A stretch of DNA of 61,408 bases, the filler included, from Nemertoderma westbladi (lineage: Eukaryota; Animalia; Xenacoelomorpha): NCBI GenBank assembly GCA_032718475.1. It is 3 parts of 3 records of this genome, joined end to end, with 100 filler letters (N's around TTAATTAATTAA, not from the genome) between each part and the next. Parts side by side here need not be neighbours in the genome. Positions count along the whole stretch, not along the records: positions 16,936 to 48,226 come from JAUCBJ010008971.1; 2 more parts are not named here. One strand, given 5' to 3'. Below the pieces are notes generated by a model. That model did not search any database. It was not told where the DNA came from and was given only the letters and a program-made list of their open reading frames with translations. The position numbers were made by a program, and so were the translations under genes. Below are positions 34,040 to 45,754 of the stretch, piece after piece (within the stretch, counting starts at the first letter, position 1; every line of letters starts with the position of its first letter).

Positions 34040-34989
34040 TATTTAATTTATTTTATTGTAAATCAAACAAACAAAGTAAAAACTTTTAAACTAAAACCAT
34101 TACAAATGATTAATTGTGATTAAAGCAAGAGATTATATATATAAGATATTTTCGAAAATAATACAGGTCTTAAACTGAGAAATAGCCTAAATTCGGATTA
34201 TTGATTGGTTGATTAGCTGGTAGGGAAATGCAGTTTAAACAAAAATTATTGCGTAATAATAATCACTAATGCTTGTATACGCGTAGCTGGAACGGAATGG
34301 AATTTCATGTGTCATACTAGGAGGTTGGTGACAGCCGTCGAGGAGTAGCGCTAGCTAGCGGGGGCTAAATCGTTGAGTTGGCAATCGATATAATATAATA
34401 TAATATCGAGGGTATATGCGTGTAGTTGGTGGCCACGTCGTCGTTGTTGTCATCATATACAGTATACAGCGGTGGTGGTGGAGGTGATGATGTGGCGAAA
34501 AGGTGAATAACATTAGGGTTAGTAGTTAGTTAGTCAGTAGTCAAGTTAGGCTACGCTACGCTACGATTGGTTGATGGCAACTGCCGATCGATGGATGGTG
34601 GTGACAGATGTGGCGTGCACCGCAATTTAGCACCGGAATTTGGCATTTTTTAATAGCCCTCCGAATGGAATGTGCATAGCCCAGGCTTAGGGAGGACTAT
34701 GGTGAGGGCCATGCTTTATCTACTACTCATGTGATGGGAGTCCGTCGTAACCGAAAAGTCCACTACACCCTCCGCGAAAGCAAGAAGGGTGTTAGAAATA
34801 GATCTGGTGTGTCAGCTAGACATGGTCGCGATGGACCAAAGAGAATTAGAGAGACAATTGGACGAGGTGACTGCGCTGTTAGAGAGGGAGAGGGAGTTAG
34901 CGAGTGAATGTAAAGAGAGGGCCAAAAAGTTGACAAGAAACTATAGAGAACGTGAGGAGAAGGTAAAGAGTGAGCGTAGAGGATAGGAG

Positions 34990-37900
34990 CATGGAGCGAT
35001 AACACCAGGGTGCGATTATGGGGCTACCATCAATCCCATCCAGATAATGGAGTTGATTAATATCAACGCCAGGCGACCTACAAAGATCGAGATCGAACAA
35101 TATCAGTACCTGGACTGCATCGACTTTTCCGTGCCCAAACTGGATTTCCCGAAATTCTCTCTCATAGTCAGCATGGATTGTCGGACAGCCCATGAGAGGC
35201 TACAAACTATTTTTGGCGACGACAGAGAGCGAGACCTGGTGGCCATTCGGATGGACGCTCAGTGGCCCAATAAAGACGATAATCCCGTTTAGTGTATCCG
35301 AATCCTCAGGGTGCATGTTTGCAGGGACTATGAGAGAGATGGAGGATGAAGGAGCGGAGGAACAACTTAAGAGGCTGCTACGGCAGGATTTCGAGGGATT
35401 AAGGGAGACCGGGGTAGGAACCTCGGTAGAAGACAAGCAGGTGCAGGAGAGCATCAGGAGATCAATGAAGTGTGAGAGGGGGGGGGGGGGGGGGGGGTAT
35501 ACCATAGGAATGGTATGGAAGGAGCCGAAGCTGCCCTTGCCAAACAATAAAAGGATGGTCGAAACGAGACTCTGGAAGTTGAAACAAACGTTTAAGAGAA
35601 GAAGAACCGGAGAAGAACATCTACATACATAAGACCATTAAGAAATACGTAGATCGGATCCAGATACTGCAGGACTTACTATCTGCCACTTCATGTAGCC
35701 CTAGATTCCAAGAAGGGCAAACTGATGATGGTGGTTGACGCCTCTGCCAAGACAAATGGCAAGAGCCTAAACAATTACCTACTAGAAGGCCCCAATATTT
35801 ACAATTCAGGGATAGAAGTTCTATTGAGATTTAGAAATGGGAAACACGCCTTCACGTGTGACATCGAGGGTATGTTTAACCAAGTACGGCTAACTGACGA
35901 GGATAGCGATAGTCAATGCTTCTTGTGGTACAATGGTGATGAAGGACAGCCAGATATACCGATGTACAAGATGGTGGTGCAGAATAGGGGGGCCAAGTCG
36001 TCCTCATTCACCATGACCACGGCTGTAAGAGACACAGTGGAGGGCAAAGAGGGGGAGTATAGTAAAGAGGCGATCGATATGATTCGACGCGGGTTCTACG
36101 TTGATGATGGGATGGGTTCTGGAAACTCCGTTGAGGAGATCGTCAAGACGGGACGCGAAGTTTGCGACATGCTGAAGAAATCGGGATTCAACTTAACGAA
36201 GTTCCAGTCAAAATTGGATAAACCTATGATGGTAAATGAACAGATTATGGTTGACAGAAGAGATGAATCGCAGCCGAAAGCACTAGGGATCATATGGAAC
36301 TGGGAGACAGACGAGTTGGAATATAAGCTGAGTCAGGAGGGCTCCAGTATCCATACCAAGCGAGGCTATGTGTCATACATAGCGAGGATTTACGATCCAC
36401 TAGGATTAGCATCCCCATTGTTAGTCACGGGGAAACAGATACTTAAGAAGGTTTACAAGATCAAAGATGACTGGGACACTGAGGTCCTGACAGAAATGAG
36501 TGAACAGTGGGAGAAATGGATTGGGAGCTTAGAAGATATGGGAACATACTGTATGCCACGTGTATACTTCCTGGATGGAGACATGAGCAAACTAGAACTA
36601 CATATGTTTTCCGATGCATCCCTGGAATCATATGGCGCTGCGCTTTATTCAGCACAGCGAAAGGTGATATCCTATATTTGTAGCGAATCGAGTGGATGAG
36701 ATAAGAGCAACAACAAACTTGGACAAGTGGAACTACTGCCCAACTGATGACAATCTGGTGACATGCTATCGAGGGGCGTAAAATGCCACCCTTTCTCGAG
36801 AAAGCAAGAGTTGTGGCAGTATGGTCCACACTTCCTCAACGACAGGTTGAAGTGGCCACCGATGAGGAAAGCAAGACCAACCGGAGAGGAAGTAGGGATA
36901 GAGGATAAGGGAAACGAATCAGAGGGGGAAGATATATTTAGCCAGTTAGTGAGGGAGATCAAGGAGGCACCACCACAATCTAAGACGATAGAGTCGTGTG
37001 ATAATCCAACAGATAGGTTAATCAGTTACAGCTCTACTTGGTATAAGACGAAGAAGCTAGTAGCATATCTGAGGGTTACAGAGAATTCCTTAGGGGGGCT
37101 GGTATGGGTGACAAGATTAGACCCGCCGTTGATCTGGAAGGGGCGGCTAAAGCCGTGATAAAATACGAACAAGGGAAGGGATACGGAGACGAAGTTGATG
37201 GTGTTAGGAAACAGTAACGCCTTTGTCAGGATAGCGAGATCAACGCGCTGTCGCCCCAACTGGATGAGGATGGAATCCTGGTCATGAACTTCAGGGTGGC
37301 TAATAACACCAGTGCCTTAATTCCACCGAAACCATTAATAATCCCTAACAAGTCACCAATAGTTCACCAGATCATATGGGACACCCATTAGGCGATACTA
37401 CACGGTGGTACCAACTAGACCCTAACTGAGATCAGGAAGAAATATTGGGTAATTCAACTTAGAAAGATGGTGAAGGCGGTAGTGGGGCAATGCCAGACAT
37501 GCCAACGGACCAAGAAAGAGAGGGCCATGCAAGAGATTGCGCCACTGCCAACTAACAGGGTGAGGCATCAAGACCCACCGTTCATACACTGCGGAGTGGA
37601 CATGTTTGGGCCGATTAAGATCAAAGTAATGCGGCACACCGAAAAATGATACGACATAATCTTTGTATGTAATAACACGAGGGCCGTGGGAATAGAACTG
37701 GCTCAGGACGCTATGGCGTCGGCATTCATCAATGCATCGGAAAGATTCGTGACCCGCAGAGGAGGAACAGTAGAAGTATTATACTCTGACAAGGGACTAA
37801 CTTCGTTGGGGCAGAAAACGAGTTAGTGGAAGCTTTTGACATCTTGAAGGGAGAAGATGTTAAGGCAGCAATGAGGAGGAACCTGATTAAATGGGAGAGG

Positions 37901-38494
37901 AGGACGCCATTCGCACCACATACGTTTCGCTGCGTAGAACGCTTAGTTAGAAGCTCCAAGCAGCTTATGACCAAACTCATGAACTATCATATGGTGACCG
38001 AGGATGTATTAAGGATGGTGCTGGCGAAGTGCGAGGGTATTATCAACAGCTGACCGCTGTATCCCGAGAACGATGATCCAGAATCGCTGGACGTTCTGAC
38101 AACAGCACATCTACTGATGGAGAGACCAGCGATGATTGACATGCGAAATATCGATCCAGATGATATAGATTCGCTGCAGAGCTGGAAGGTGGCTATGGCA
38201 ATAGGTGCAGATTATTGGAAAATGTGGATTCAAGAATACCTGCCAACACTGCACAAGAGAAGCAAATGGAGGAATAGTCAGAGGGAACTCAGGAAGGGTG
38301 ACTTAATAATCGTAACCGACGATACGATTATCAATAATCACTGGAGGTTAGTGAGGGTACTCGAGTGTTACCCTGGTGAGGATGGAAAGATTAGATCTGT
38401 GGAGGTTAGAATTGGAGGAAACATTGGGGCGAAAGATAGGAAGACCTACAGGAGGGTGATAGGAAAGTGTTGCCTATTGGAGGGAATGCCCTAA
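34990..38494 (+). pseudogene. BEL/Pao pol remnants (PR end, RT, RNase H, integrase)
   Basis: KSLNNYLLEGP, DIEGMFNQV, FYVDD, IYDPLG, LHMFSDAS, CGVDMFGP and WIQEYLPTLHKRSKW, with many stops and frameshifts. Confidence 0.92.
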
Positions 38495-39497
38495 TTAGTT
38501 GAGTCATCCAATAAATTGGACTGAGTGGGGTGGGAATGAGGGCGAGACGTCCTTCCCACATACAAAACATAAAATAATACAAATAAAAAATATAATTACA
38601 TATGTCTGATGGGTATGAATGTACCAACGTACATATTATTTAGTTTAGATGGGCATTATGTACGTTATGGATATGGACATATCAATGTACATAATGTTTA
38701 TGAGTAGGTAGTTATAATTACGTACGTCTGATGGGTACTAATGTACCAATGTACATAATTTACATATGCACTAAAGCTGGGTCAATGGGACCAATAATAG
38801 TACAAAATATGTACTGTAGTAGAACTAGAAGGGTACACAGTGAGGATTAGAAGGGTACACATTGTGTACGTCTGATGGGAACAATGTGCCAATGTATGTA
38901 ATAAATACCAATGCCGGGTCAATGGGACCAATAATAGTACGTAATACGTACTATAGTGGGCACTGAGGGCACCACGTGAGGAGTTGAGGGGGGTATGTAG
39001 GTGTAGTACAGTAGAATCAAGGTGAGTAGAATAGACTGTGTAGGCCTGCACGAACTAGACTACTGTGGCGCATAGCCCAGAGTACAGACTTAAGAGTATT
39101 GTTACAGACCCAGAAAGCTGTCTGGTAGGAAGCGAGTATAACAATAGGAAAACTGTAGCTAGTCGTTTCTGTAAACAAGTAGTAGTGATGAATTACTTAC
39201 GCAGTAATTGAGTAATAGATAAAATAATAAGGGGGAAGTTGAGGAATATAGCAGAATAAGAAATCGTAGCAACTGGGAACTAGAAAATTCTAGAAACATA
39301 ATTAAAAAGTAACGGAGAAAACTACAAATTAGGAGAAAATTGGCACGTAATGGGGAATATTTGTACAAAAGGTTGACAAAGGGCAGATAGAAGGTAGGCC
39401 ATCACTGATTTAATCTAATTAGAACTATACTTAGTTGTATCTTGCCCTACTGAGCCTTTGTAAGGCATCAGCAGTCTCGTGAGAGAGGAGAATCGTG

Positions 39498-41031
39498 ATG
39501 GTGGAGAAACTAGTGAAGAAGAGAAAGTTGGAAAAGAGCGGGAAAGAACTACTAGTGGACTTCACGTTGAGACATCCGGAGAATAAGACGAGGGAATACT
39601 ACAAATGACTTCCAAAGAGTCAGAAAGCGCACGCGCTGCAAGATTAGTTTAGGGAGATGCATGAACGACGATTAGTTGGGACCTACGCGACGCCGTCATT
39701 GGATAATGCGATCAACGAACATCTTCATTACGTTGTAAAGGGGGACGAGGGTACTTTCGGGATACTGAGAGAACCACCTAGAAAGGAATGGATAGGTTTG
39801 TGGATTCCATGGATAGGGGCAGATACATGGTCCTAGACGATGATGGGACTGTAGAGGATGACAAAGGGCTGGGGAGGGGGTCAGTAGTGTCGGGTAGAAC
39901 TATATTGCTGCATTTAGTGGTGCTGAATGGAGATATTTTTCTGTTTGACCTAGGGACCTACGGTAAGAAGATCAGGCCAAAGTTGAACCGTCTACCGGAT
40001 GCGGTACAGAAGCTAGTAAGGTCAAAGACAAGCGATACATGACGACGCGGAGAGGATTATTGGACTGGGCACCCAGAATCTTCTGGTTATGCAGGTAGTC
40101 TACATGGCTATGACGAAACCAGATGGATTGGGATTGGTGGATAACTCGGGACAATAAGGAGCCGTGGCGATGGGTCAGTTGATGGGACTCATGTGACACA
40201 AGCTGATGGAGTGGAATAAGTTCCGAGAGGAATACGGGTCGGAACTTGCAAATTCACTCAAATGGGGAGGCGATGCCGAGGGAGGAGGAGGACATCGATA
40301 TGGGTAGGGATGATAAGGTAGAAATGTTCACGTATCAACGGCTCCATAGACCCACAAGGCTACGTGGAGCCAAGGACGAGTTAGGGCGACAGACAGTGAT
40401 AGATGGTTGCGACTACTGTGGGAGACTAACCCATCAGCAGAAGAATTGTCTGTATCGCTACCAGAAGGGTGCAACATGTCTATATTGCCACGAGTCTAAC
40501 CATAGGATTGGTGCATGCCCGAGGCTGCACCATAGGTGTACAAAGTGTAAATTTAGGGGGCATTTTGAGTGCCAGTGCGACTGGATGGATGATAAGGAGA
40601 AGTTCTGTATTTACGAGGACTGGGCTGACGTCGGAGTCATGACTAGGCAAAGGATGAAGGCCAAGGAGTTTTGGTACGGGTTTTTCAACATCAACCTACA
40701 GGCCCACCAGGAGATTATCAAGAGGAGACTACCATTCACATATCAGGAGGTAGCGACAGCGGCATCACATGGAGGGGTTATTAACACCCAGAGGTATTTC
40801 GATAGATGGTCACCAGAGAACAGGATGGATTTCAGGAACTTTCTGGTGGAGCATGTGCCGCGTGGAATGAAGATCATCATGTGGGACGCTACCAGAGGGA
40901 AGCAGGAGGGGCACTCAGTGAGACCACCAGCGAAACGATACCGGGAAATGATAATGACCGCACCCAAGGATCCAACTACGGGTCTTGGCAAAACAGTATC
41001 AGTGCGGATGAGTAGCCTCAAGAACAAATAG
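39498..41031 (+). pseudogene. Accessory ORF of Pao copy 1 in the env position (exonuclease-like segment plus three CCHC zinc knuckles)
   Basis: Broken reading frame from ATG at about 39498. Contains ILLHLVVLNGDIFLFDL...LPDAVQKLV and the knuckles CDYCGRLTHQQKNC, CLYCHESNHRIGAC and CTKCKFRGHFECQC. A homologous block lies at 55620-55870. Confidence 0.65.
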
Positions 41032-41818
41032 GAGGAAAGAAAACACCTGAGACAGGATGATGATAGGGGCAAAGAGATGAGATGGCTTCCAGAGGGTACG
41101 GGAGGAGCATACTAGAACTCTAGAACTGGTTATGGGCGATGTTAATGTGCCTGGAAGGCACCGCGAGGACTTAAATGTGCAAATAACTCATATAAGTGCA
41201 ATTAATACATGAGTGGAATTAATACATATGTACATAATAAATCACTGCTATACATAGAGCCGTGGAAATATAATGTACCTACTATAGTCAGATATATCCT
41301 TTTCCAATTAGCTACTGGAACTGGGGACTAATTAACTGAAACAGGAAGACGATACAATAACGGAACTCTCTTACATGGTGTACACATGCGTGAGACCCGA
41401 CAGGAGCGTAGAGAGTGAGAGTCAAAGGGGTTGAGTATCAGAGGAGCATGGGGAGAGGTGTGAGAGTTTGGGGGGAAAGTGAAGAGTGTGAGTTCCAAGT
41501 GTGGGGGCGAGCAGTGTAGAGGATGAGTCCTATGGGACTAGTGAACGAGGAGAATGGACGATAGAGTTTAGGATAAAAAAAATTGTGTGAGGAGAAAGGA
41601 CGATCGTCTAAACAGAGACGCCAGATGCATTGGTACAGCTTAGCTCGCAGATGTACCAAGGATGGGTAGTGAAAACAGACCCAGAGGGGCCAGTCTGGAA
41701 AGCTGGTCCTAAGAAAAGATTTCCACCCCACATCCAATATTAGATTGGATTCCAGCGGAATTGGAGTGCACTAAAGGTTGATGCTATCTTCTCACCGGGG
41801 AGATAGCATGGGGGGGAG

Positions 41819-42303
41819 TGTTAGCGGATCCAATTCGCAGCACCACCCAGCGGAAAATGGGAAAAGTGGCGATTTGCCAATTATGTTCGGCTATGTGATA
41901 TTAGAAGTATAATATCACATACCGACACACCGGGGCAATATACATTGCCAGCCACAGGGAGAGATGCCATCTCATCTCAGGGCAGAAGCTAGCATATTGG
42001 CCCAGGATAGATAGATCAGCCAATGGTGGGGCGAATTACCATCAATTAAGCGCGCATTCATTGGCTAGGCCAAAGTGGCTTGGAGTTTATTGTGTGTAAT
42101 TATAATATAACCGCTACCCATATGAATTGTGTCTTCAGTTGACTTGTAGAAGTGTAGAAGTCACACGGTTTTTAACCGTCGTCGTTGACCGCGTGCTATT
42201 ATTGTAATCTGATTGAGCTATTAAATAATCTGACATTACGAACAACTGCAACTATAAAACTTAGTTATTCATTCGGCCTCCGGCCTTTCAGAAACTGTCA
42301 ACA
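41819..42303 (+). repeat. 3' LTR of Pao copy 1 (right end uncertain)
   Basis: Starts TGTTAGCGGATCCAATTC after the PPT and resembles the start at 57249. A candidate end is ...TCAACA at 42303. Confidence 0.55.
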
Positions 42304-43429
42304 GCCTTTCAGTAGCCAAGCGGACGCGGCGACGCGTATTTCCCAAGACTTAAACACACACACACCGGTCGGGATCTTCGCCAACTCAGATCCCGTCACA
42401 ATGGCCGACGATGGTGAATATATACAATGGTGAATATACTGTAGTAGAGAGAGTTCTTTTGTTAGAATTTTTTGAAAGAAATTGTTAGTTCCATTCACCA
42501 GGCTGGTATTTCTAATGCCAGCAATACATGACAAAAATGTTATTTATTATATTATCTGTATCTCACTTTAGACTCCCATCCATATGGTTAAGTCAATATT
42601 GGCTATGACATTCTTGATTATAAAACACGGCATCGACTGTAGTAGTACTTTATAGCCAAACAGCAAAGTTGTAACATAAATATGTGTTTGTATTGCAGTC
42701 TTTTTCAATAGGCCTATTTCGTTTTAGTATTCACATGCCTATTACATGTCTGTTAGTGCTGAGTGAAAAGAATCACAACGGAACTTGTAACTTGTAATCT
42801 AAATGTAAGTTTACTAACTTCAGTGAAAGTGATGTTTAAATTGAAAACACTAGGAAACAATATCACAGATTTTTAAAAAAAAATTTTCACATTTTTTTCA
42901 AAATATGTTTTGTAGGCCTAGGTATGTTTCTTTGCATTGAACATATAAATATTGATAACATTATAAGTTTTGTCAGTCTGTCTTTCTGTCTGTCAAAAAT
43001 ATAAGTAAGTTTACTCTCTGACTTAAATTTTCGTTATGTTGGTATTTGTGGGTGGTGATTTGATTTCCCATGTCAGTTTTTATGTTTTATGGATTCAAAC
43101 TGTTTGTATGTGTGTCGGACTGTCTTACAGACAGACATACAGGCGGCCAAACTTTCAGTCTAGATCACGTTAAACATAAAAACTGAAATCTGAAATGGAT
43201 TTTCGATCAGAAGAATCTCAGTCAGCTAATATGCTTCTTTATTTTTATTATAGGAAGGGATCTAGGGGTCTTAACCTCGAATGATAAGTTTATTTTACCG
43301 AAAATAACTTATCTTTTATTGGTGCAATTGTAGGACTAATCCCATCACATGCGTACTTTTTAACCGGGTAGTGTACAAATTTAGGAATCGCGTAATTTTT
43401 ATTGAAATTAATATCTCATATCTCTCCAA

Positions 43430-43471
43430 ACCACGTCGCGTTTCGACCTTACTGGGTCTCATCAGCGTGGT
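43430..43471 (-). ncRNA. Minimal type I hammerhead ribozyme (cleavage-site U appears deleted)
   Basis: Minus strand ACCACG CTGATGA GACC-CAGTAA-GGTC GAAA CGCG A CGTGGT: 6-bp stem I, conserved core, 4-bp stem II and a short palindromic stem III. Confidence 0.8.
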
Positions 43472-43534
43472 GTCGGATTCGAACCTGGGACCTCGAGGTG
43501 GAAGCCGAGACAACAACCACTAGGACACAGGTTC
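43472..43534 (-). mobile_element. tRNA-derived SINE-like head (Pol III A and B boxes)
   Basis: A-box-like TGTCCTAGTGG, loop CTTCCAC and B box GGTTCGAATCC. The acceptor stem is not intact. Confidence 0.65.
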
Positions 43535-45172
43535 TTGAGATATGGAGTATTAATAATAATAAATTATAAATAAATAATATATAAATTAAATAAATATTAA
43601 ATCAATAAATTATATAATAATAAATATATAACAACAAACACCTCGAAAAATACAGCTTGCCAACACATTTGTTACTATCATTATTTTTGACATACAAACA
43701 GACACACATACAGTCTAGATCTCTTCAAGCATGAAAACTGACATCGGAAATAAAAATTTCCGACCAGAAATACCCCACAAAAAATTTTCAGTTAGCTATG
43801 TAGAATACTTCTATATTTTTGACAGACATACAGACAGATGAACAGAGAGAGTTAAGATTTACTTCGATTTAAAAACATAGTTTTCGAGCATTTAAAATCA
43901 ATATTTCAAATCACCATTTTAATATTTTCCTTTTATTAATATTCACCATTTTAATATTTTCCTTTTATTAATATTAACTATTTCTTTCGTAACTTATGAA
44001 CTGTCGTAATTACTGTGGGTGGGTGCATTTGAAAACTAATTAAAATGCGCTTCTGATGCAATACATACAGTAACTCATAAATGCATTTATCTAGGAATTG
44101 TCTGGTTTCTATATGCACTGACATATTATATTCTGGAACATAACTCATCTGACAAAGATTTAGTGGTTGGTAGTAGCTACGGTAGTATTTTTGCATCACA
44201 GTAGCTAGCGTTTTAAACAACAGCACCACTATAGTACAGTATGTGTACACATCAACGAGTTGTTGCTACTACATATACCTAGTTTTCGCTGCTTTTTATT
44301 TTAGAAATATTCTACGTTGTGTTAGCTATTGTTAGGTAAAAAAATGATGTTCTAGAACAAATATTTTTTGTTCTTACTTCTAGAAAATTTTTCTTCTAGA
44401 ACTTTTTTAGAATATATTTTTTATTTGCTATACATTGTTTCATTATTTATAACCATTAATAGCTACCAATTTCCATGCTAGCTATCGATTTTACAAGTAA
44501 GCTGTTATTTTTTGAAAATGCAATTTTTTTCAAATTTATACATTCCTTTATACTATATTTCCATTTCCTATTTACACTCAAACTACAAACTCAAACTACT
44601 ATAGAATTATTCGAGAAATTTTGTTATAGTTGTTATGGTTACAGTTCAAATAAATATTATCAATGTGATAATAATCTAACTCGTATATGATTTTGTTAGT
44701 TCAATAAAGTAGGCCCTATGTACATATACTGTATGGTGTTTTTTTAGACCTCCAACGAACTTCGGCTAGGTGGGGTTCTGAAGAAGCTTCTCCGTTATCC
44801 CTTTCTGTCTTCGCGTGATCTTGCCATCAGACCAGATTATAAATAATTAATAAATATATGACATAATAAATACGTTTATATAAAATCGTCAAATTAAAAA
44901 AAAATGTTCTAGAACAAAAATTATTTGTTCTAGAATATGAATGAAAAATGCTTGATTTTCGTGCTTTTCGTGAACATTTATTTGCATACTGTAATCTTCA
45001 AATTGGTAATTCCAATTGTTTAGCTTTTTTTCAATAAAGAATTACGCTAAATATCGTAAAATTGTAATTACTGTAGTAATTCTTGTTTATTTCATTACTA
45101 TTAAAATGCAAATTTTTTACATATTGGGCTAGAAATTATTTATTAACGATTATATTACCGAGTGAGGAAACC

Positions 45173-45754
45173 ATGGCTACACATTTACAATATGACAACG
45201 GTTTCTGGGATCCACGCGTCTGGTTGCCAAGGAACCACACTTGGTCTGACCTGAAGAATATCCCCGGGTTAACGAGTTATGCTGAAGTCGGCGACCTTAT
45301 TTACTGTCTCGTGACCGGCTTCATTCTCCTCACCATACGGCACATCGTCCAGCATTATCTCGCCAACACTATTGCCACCAAATATTTCCAAATAAAACCC
45401 AAACAAATAAATTCAAAATCGATCCATCCGTTATTGGAGCAAGTCTATAAGGATAAATCATCGCCACCAGATAAAGTTATAGAAGAACTTGCTAAGAAAT
45501 TGGATTGTGAACCGCCTAAAATACGTAGATGGTTCTCCAGAAGACATCGACATGATCAGCCCGGAGTTCTGGATAAGTTTAACACGTATTTTTGGAAGAC
45601 TGGTTACCACACTTTTATGTTCTGGTGGGGCGTCTACTTGGTTTACCAAGAAGGGGTATTCCCAAACACCTTAAAGTGCTGGGAACCCTATCCTAATAGT
45701 ATTTCTAAGGGTCTCTTCTGGTTCTATATGACACAATTAGGATACTATGTGAAG
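45173..45754 (+). CDS. CERS: Ceramide synthase (LASS/CerS with homeodomain), first coding exon; partial
   Basis: FWDPRVWLPRNHTWSDL start, homeodomain-like ELAKKLDCEPPKIRRWFSRR, and start of the TLC domain LDKF...CWEPYP...FWFYMTQLGYY. Candidate donor AAG|GTTAGT. No downstream exons recognised before the gap. Confidence 0.85.

Larger units (their letters stand above)
16936..34727 (-). mobile_element. Polinton/Maverick (adintovirus-like) endogenous element, left part truncated by the contig end
   Basis: Co-oriented, tightly packed ATPase, PW-like, integrase, penton, core, capsid and protease genes. Candidate terminus ...CTACTACT at 34720-34727 (5'-AGTAGTAG on the minus strand). pPolB and the left TIR are not in the window. 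Confidence 0.9.
34728..42303 (+). mobile_element. Decayed BEL/Pao LTR retrotransposon (copy 1); most of gag deleted, no 5' LTR seen
   Basis: Fragmented pol, about 3.3 kb of post-pol region, PPT GGGGGGGAG and a TG-starting LTR at 41819. Confidence 0.85.

Noticed and set aside
16936-34727. A polymerase-less Polinton
   Set aside because: The element is cut by the contig end and no left TIR is seen, so pPolB may simply lie outside this piece.
38600-38900. CTGATGGG motifs as hammerhead ribozymes
   Set aside because: They lack the CUGANGA and GAAA core pairing and stem III. They are kept only as unexplained stem-loops.
42401-42433. ATGGCCGACGATG|GTGAAT as a first exon of the ceramide synthase
   Set aside because: The CerS exon has its own well-placed ATG at 45173, and this stretch may still be LTR sequence.
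43472-43540. Functional tRNA-Gly(TCC) gene
   Set aside because: The acceptor and T stems do not pair properly, and the 3' end runs into the hammerhead.
42960-43860. Diverged inverted repeats with (CTGT)n tracts as a defined element
   Set aside because: They are too decayed to set boundaries or a class by eye.
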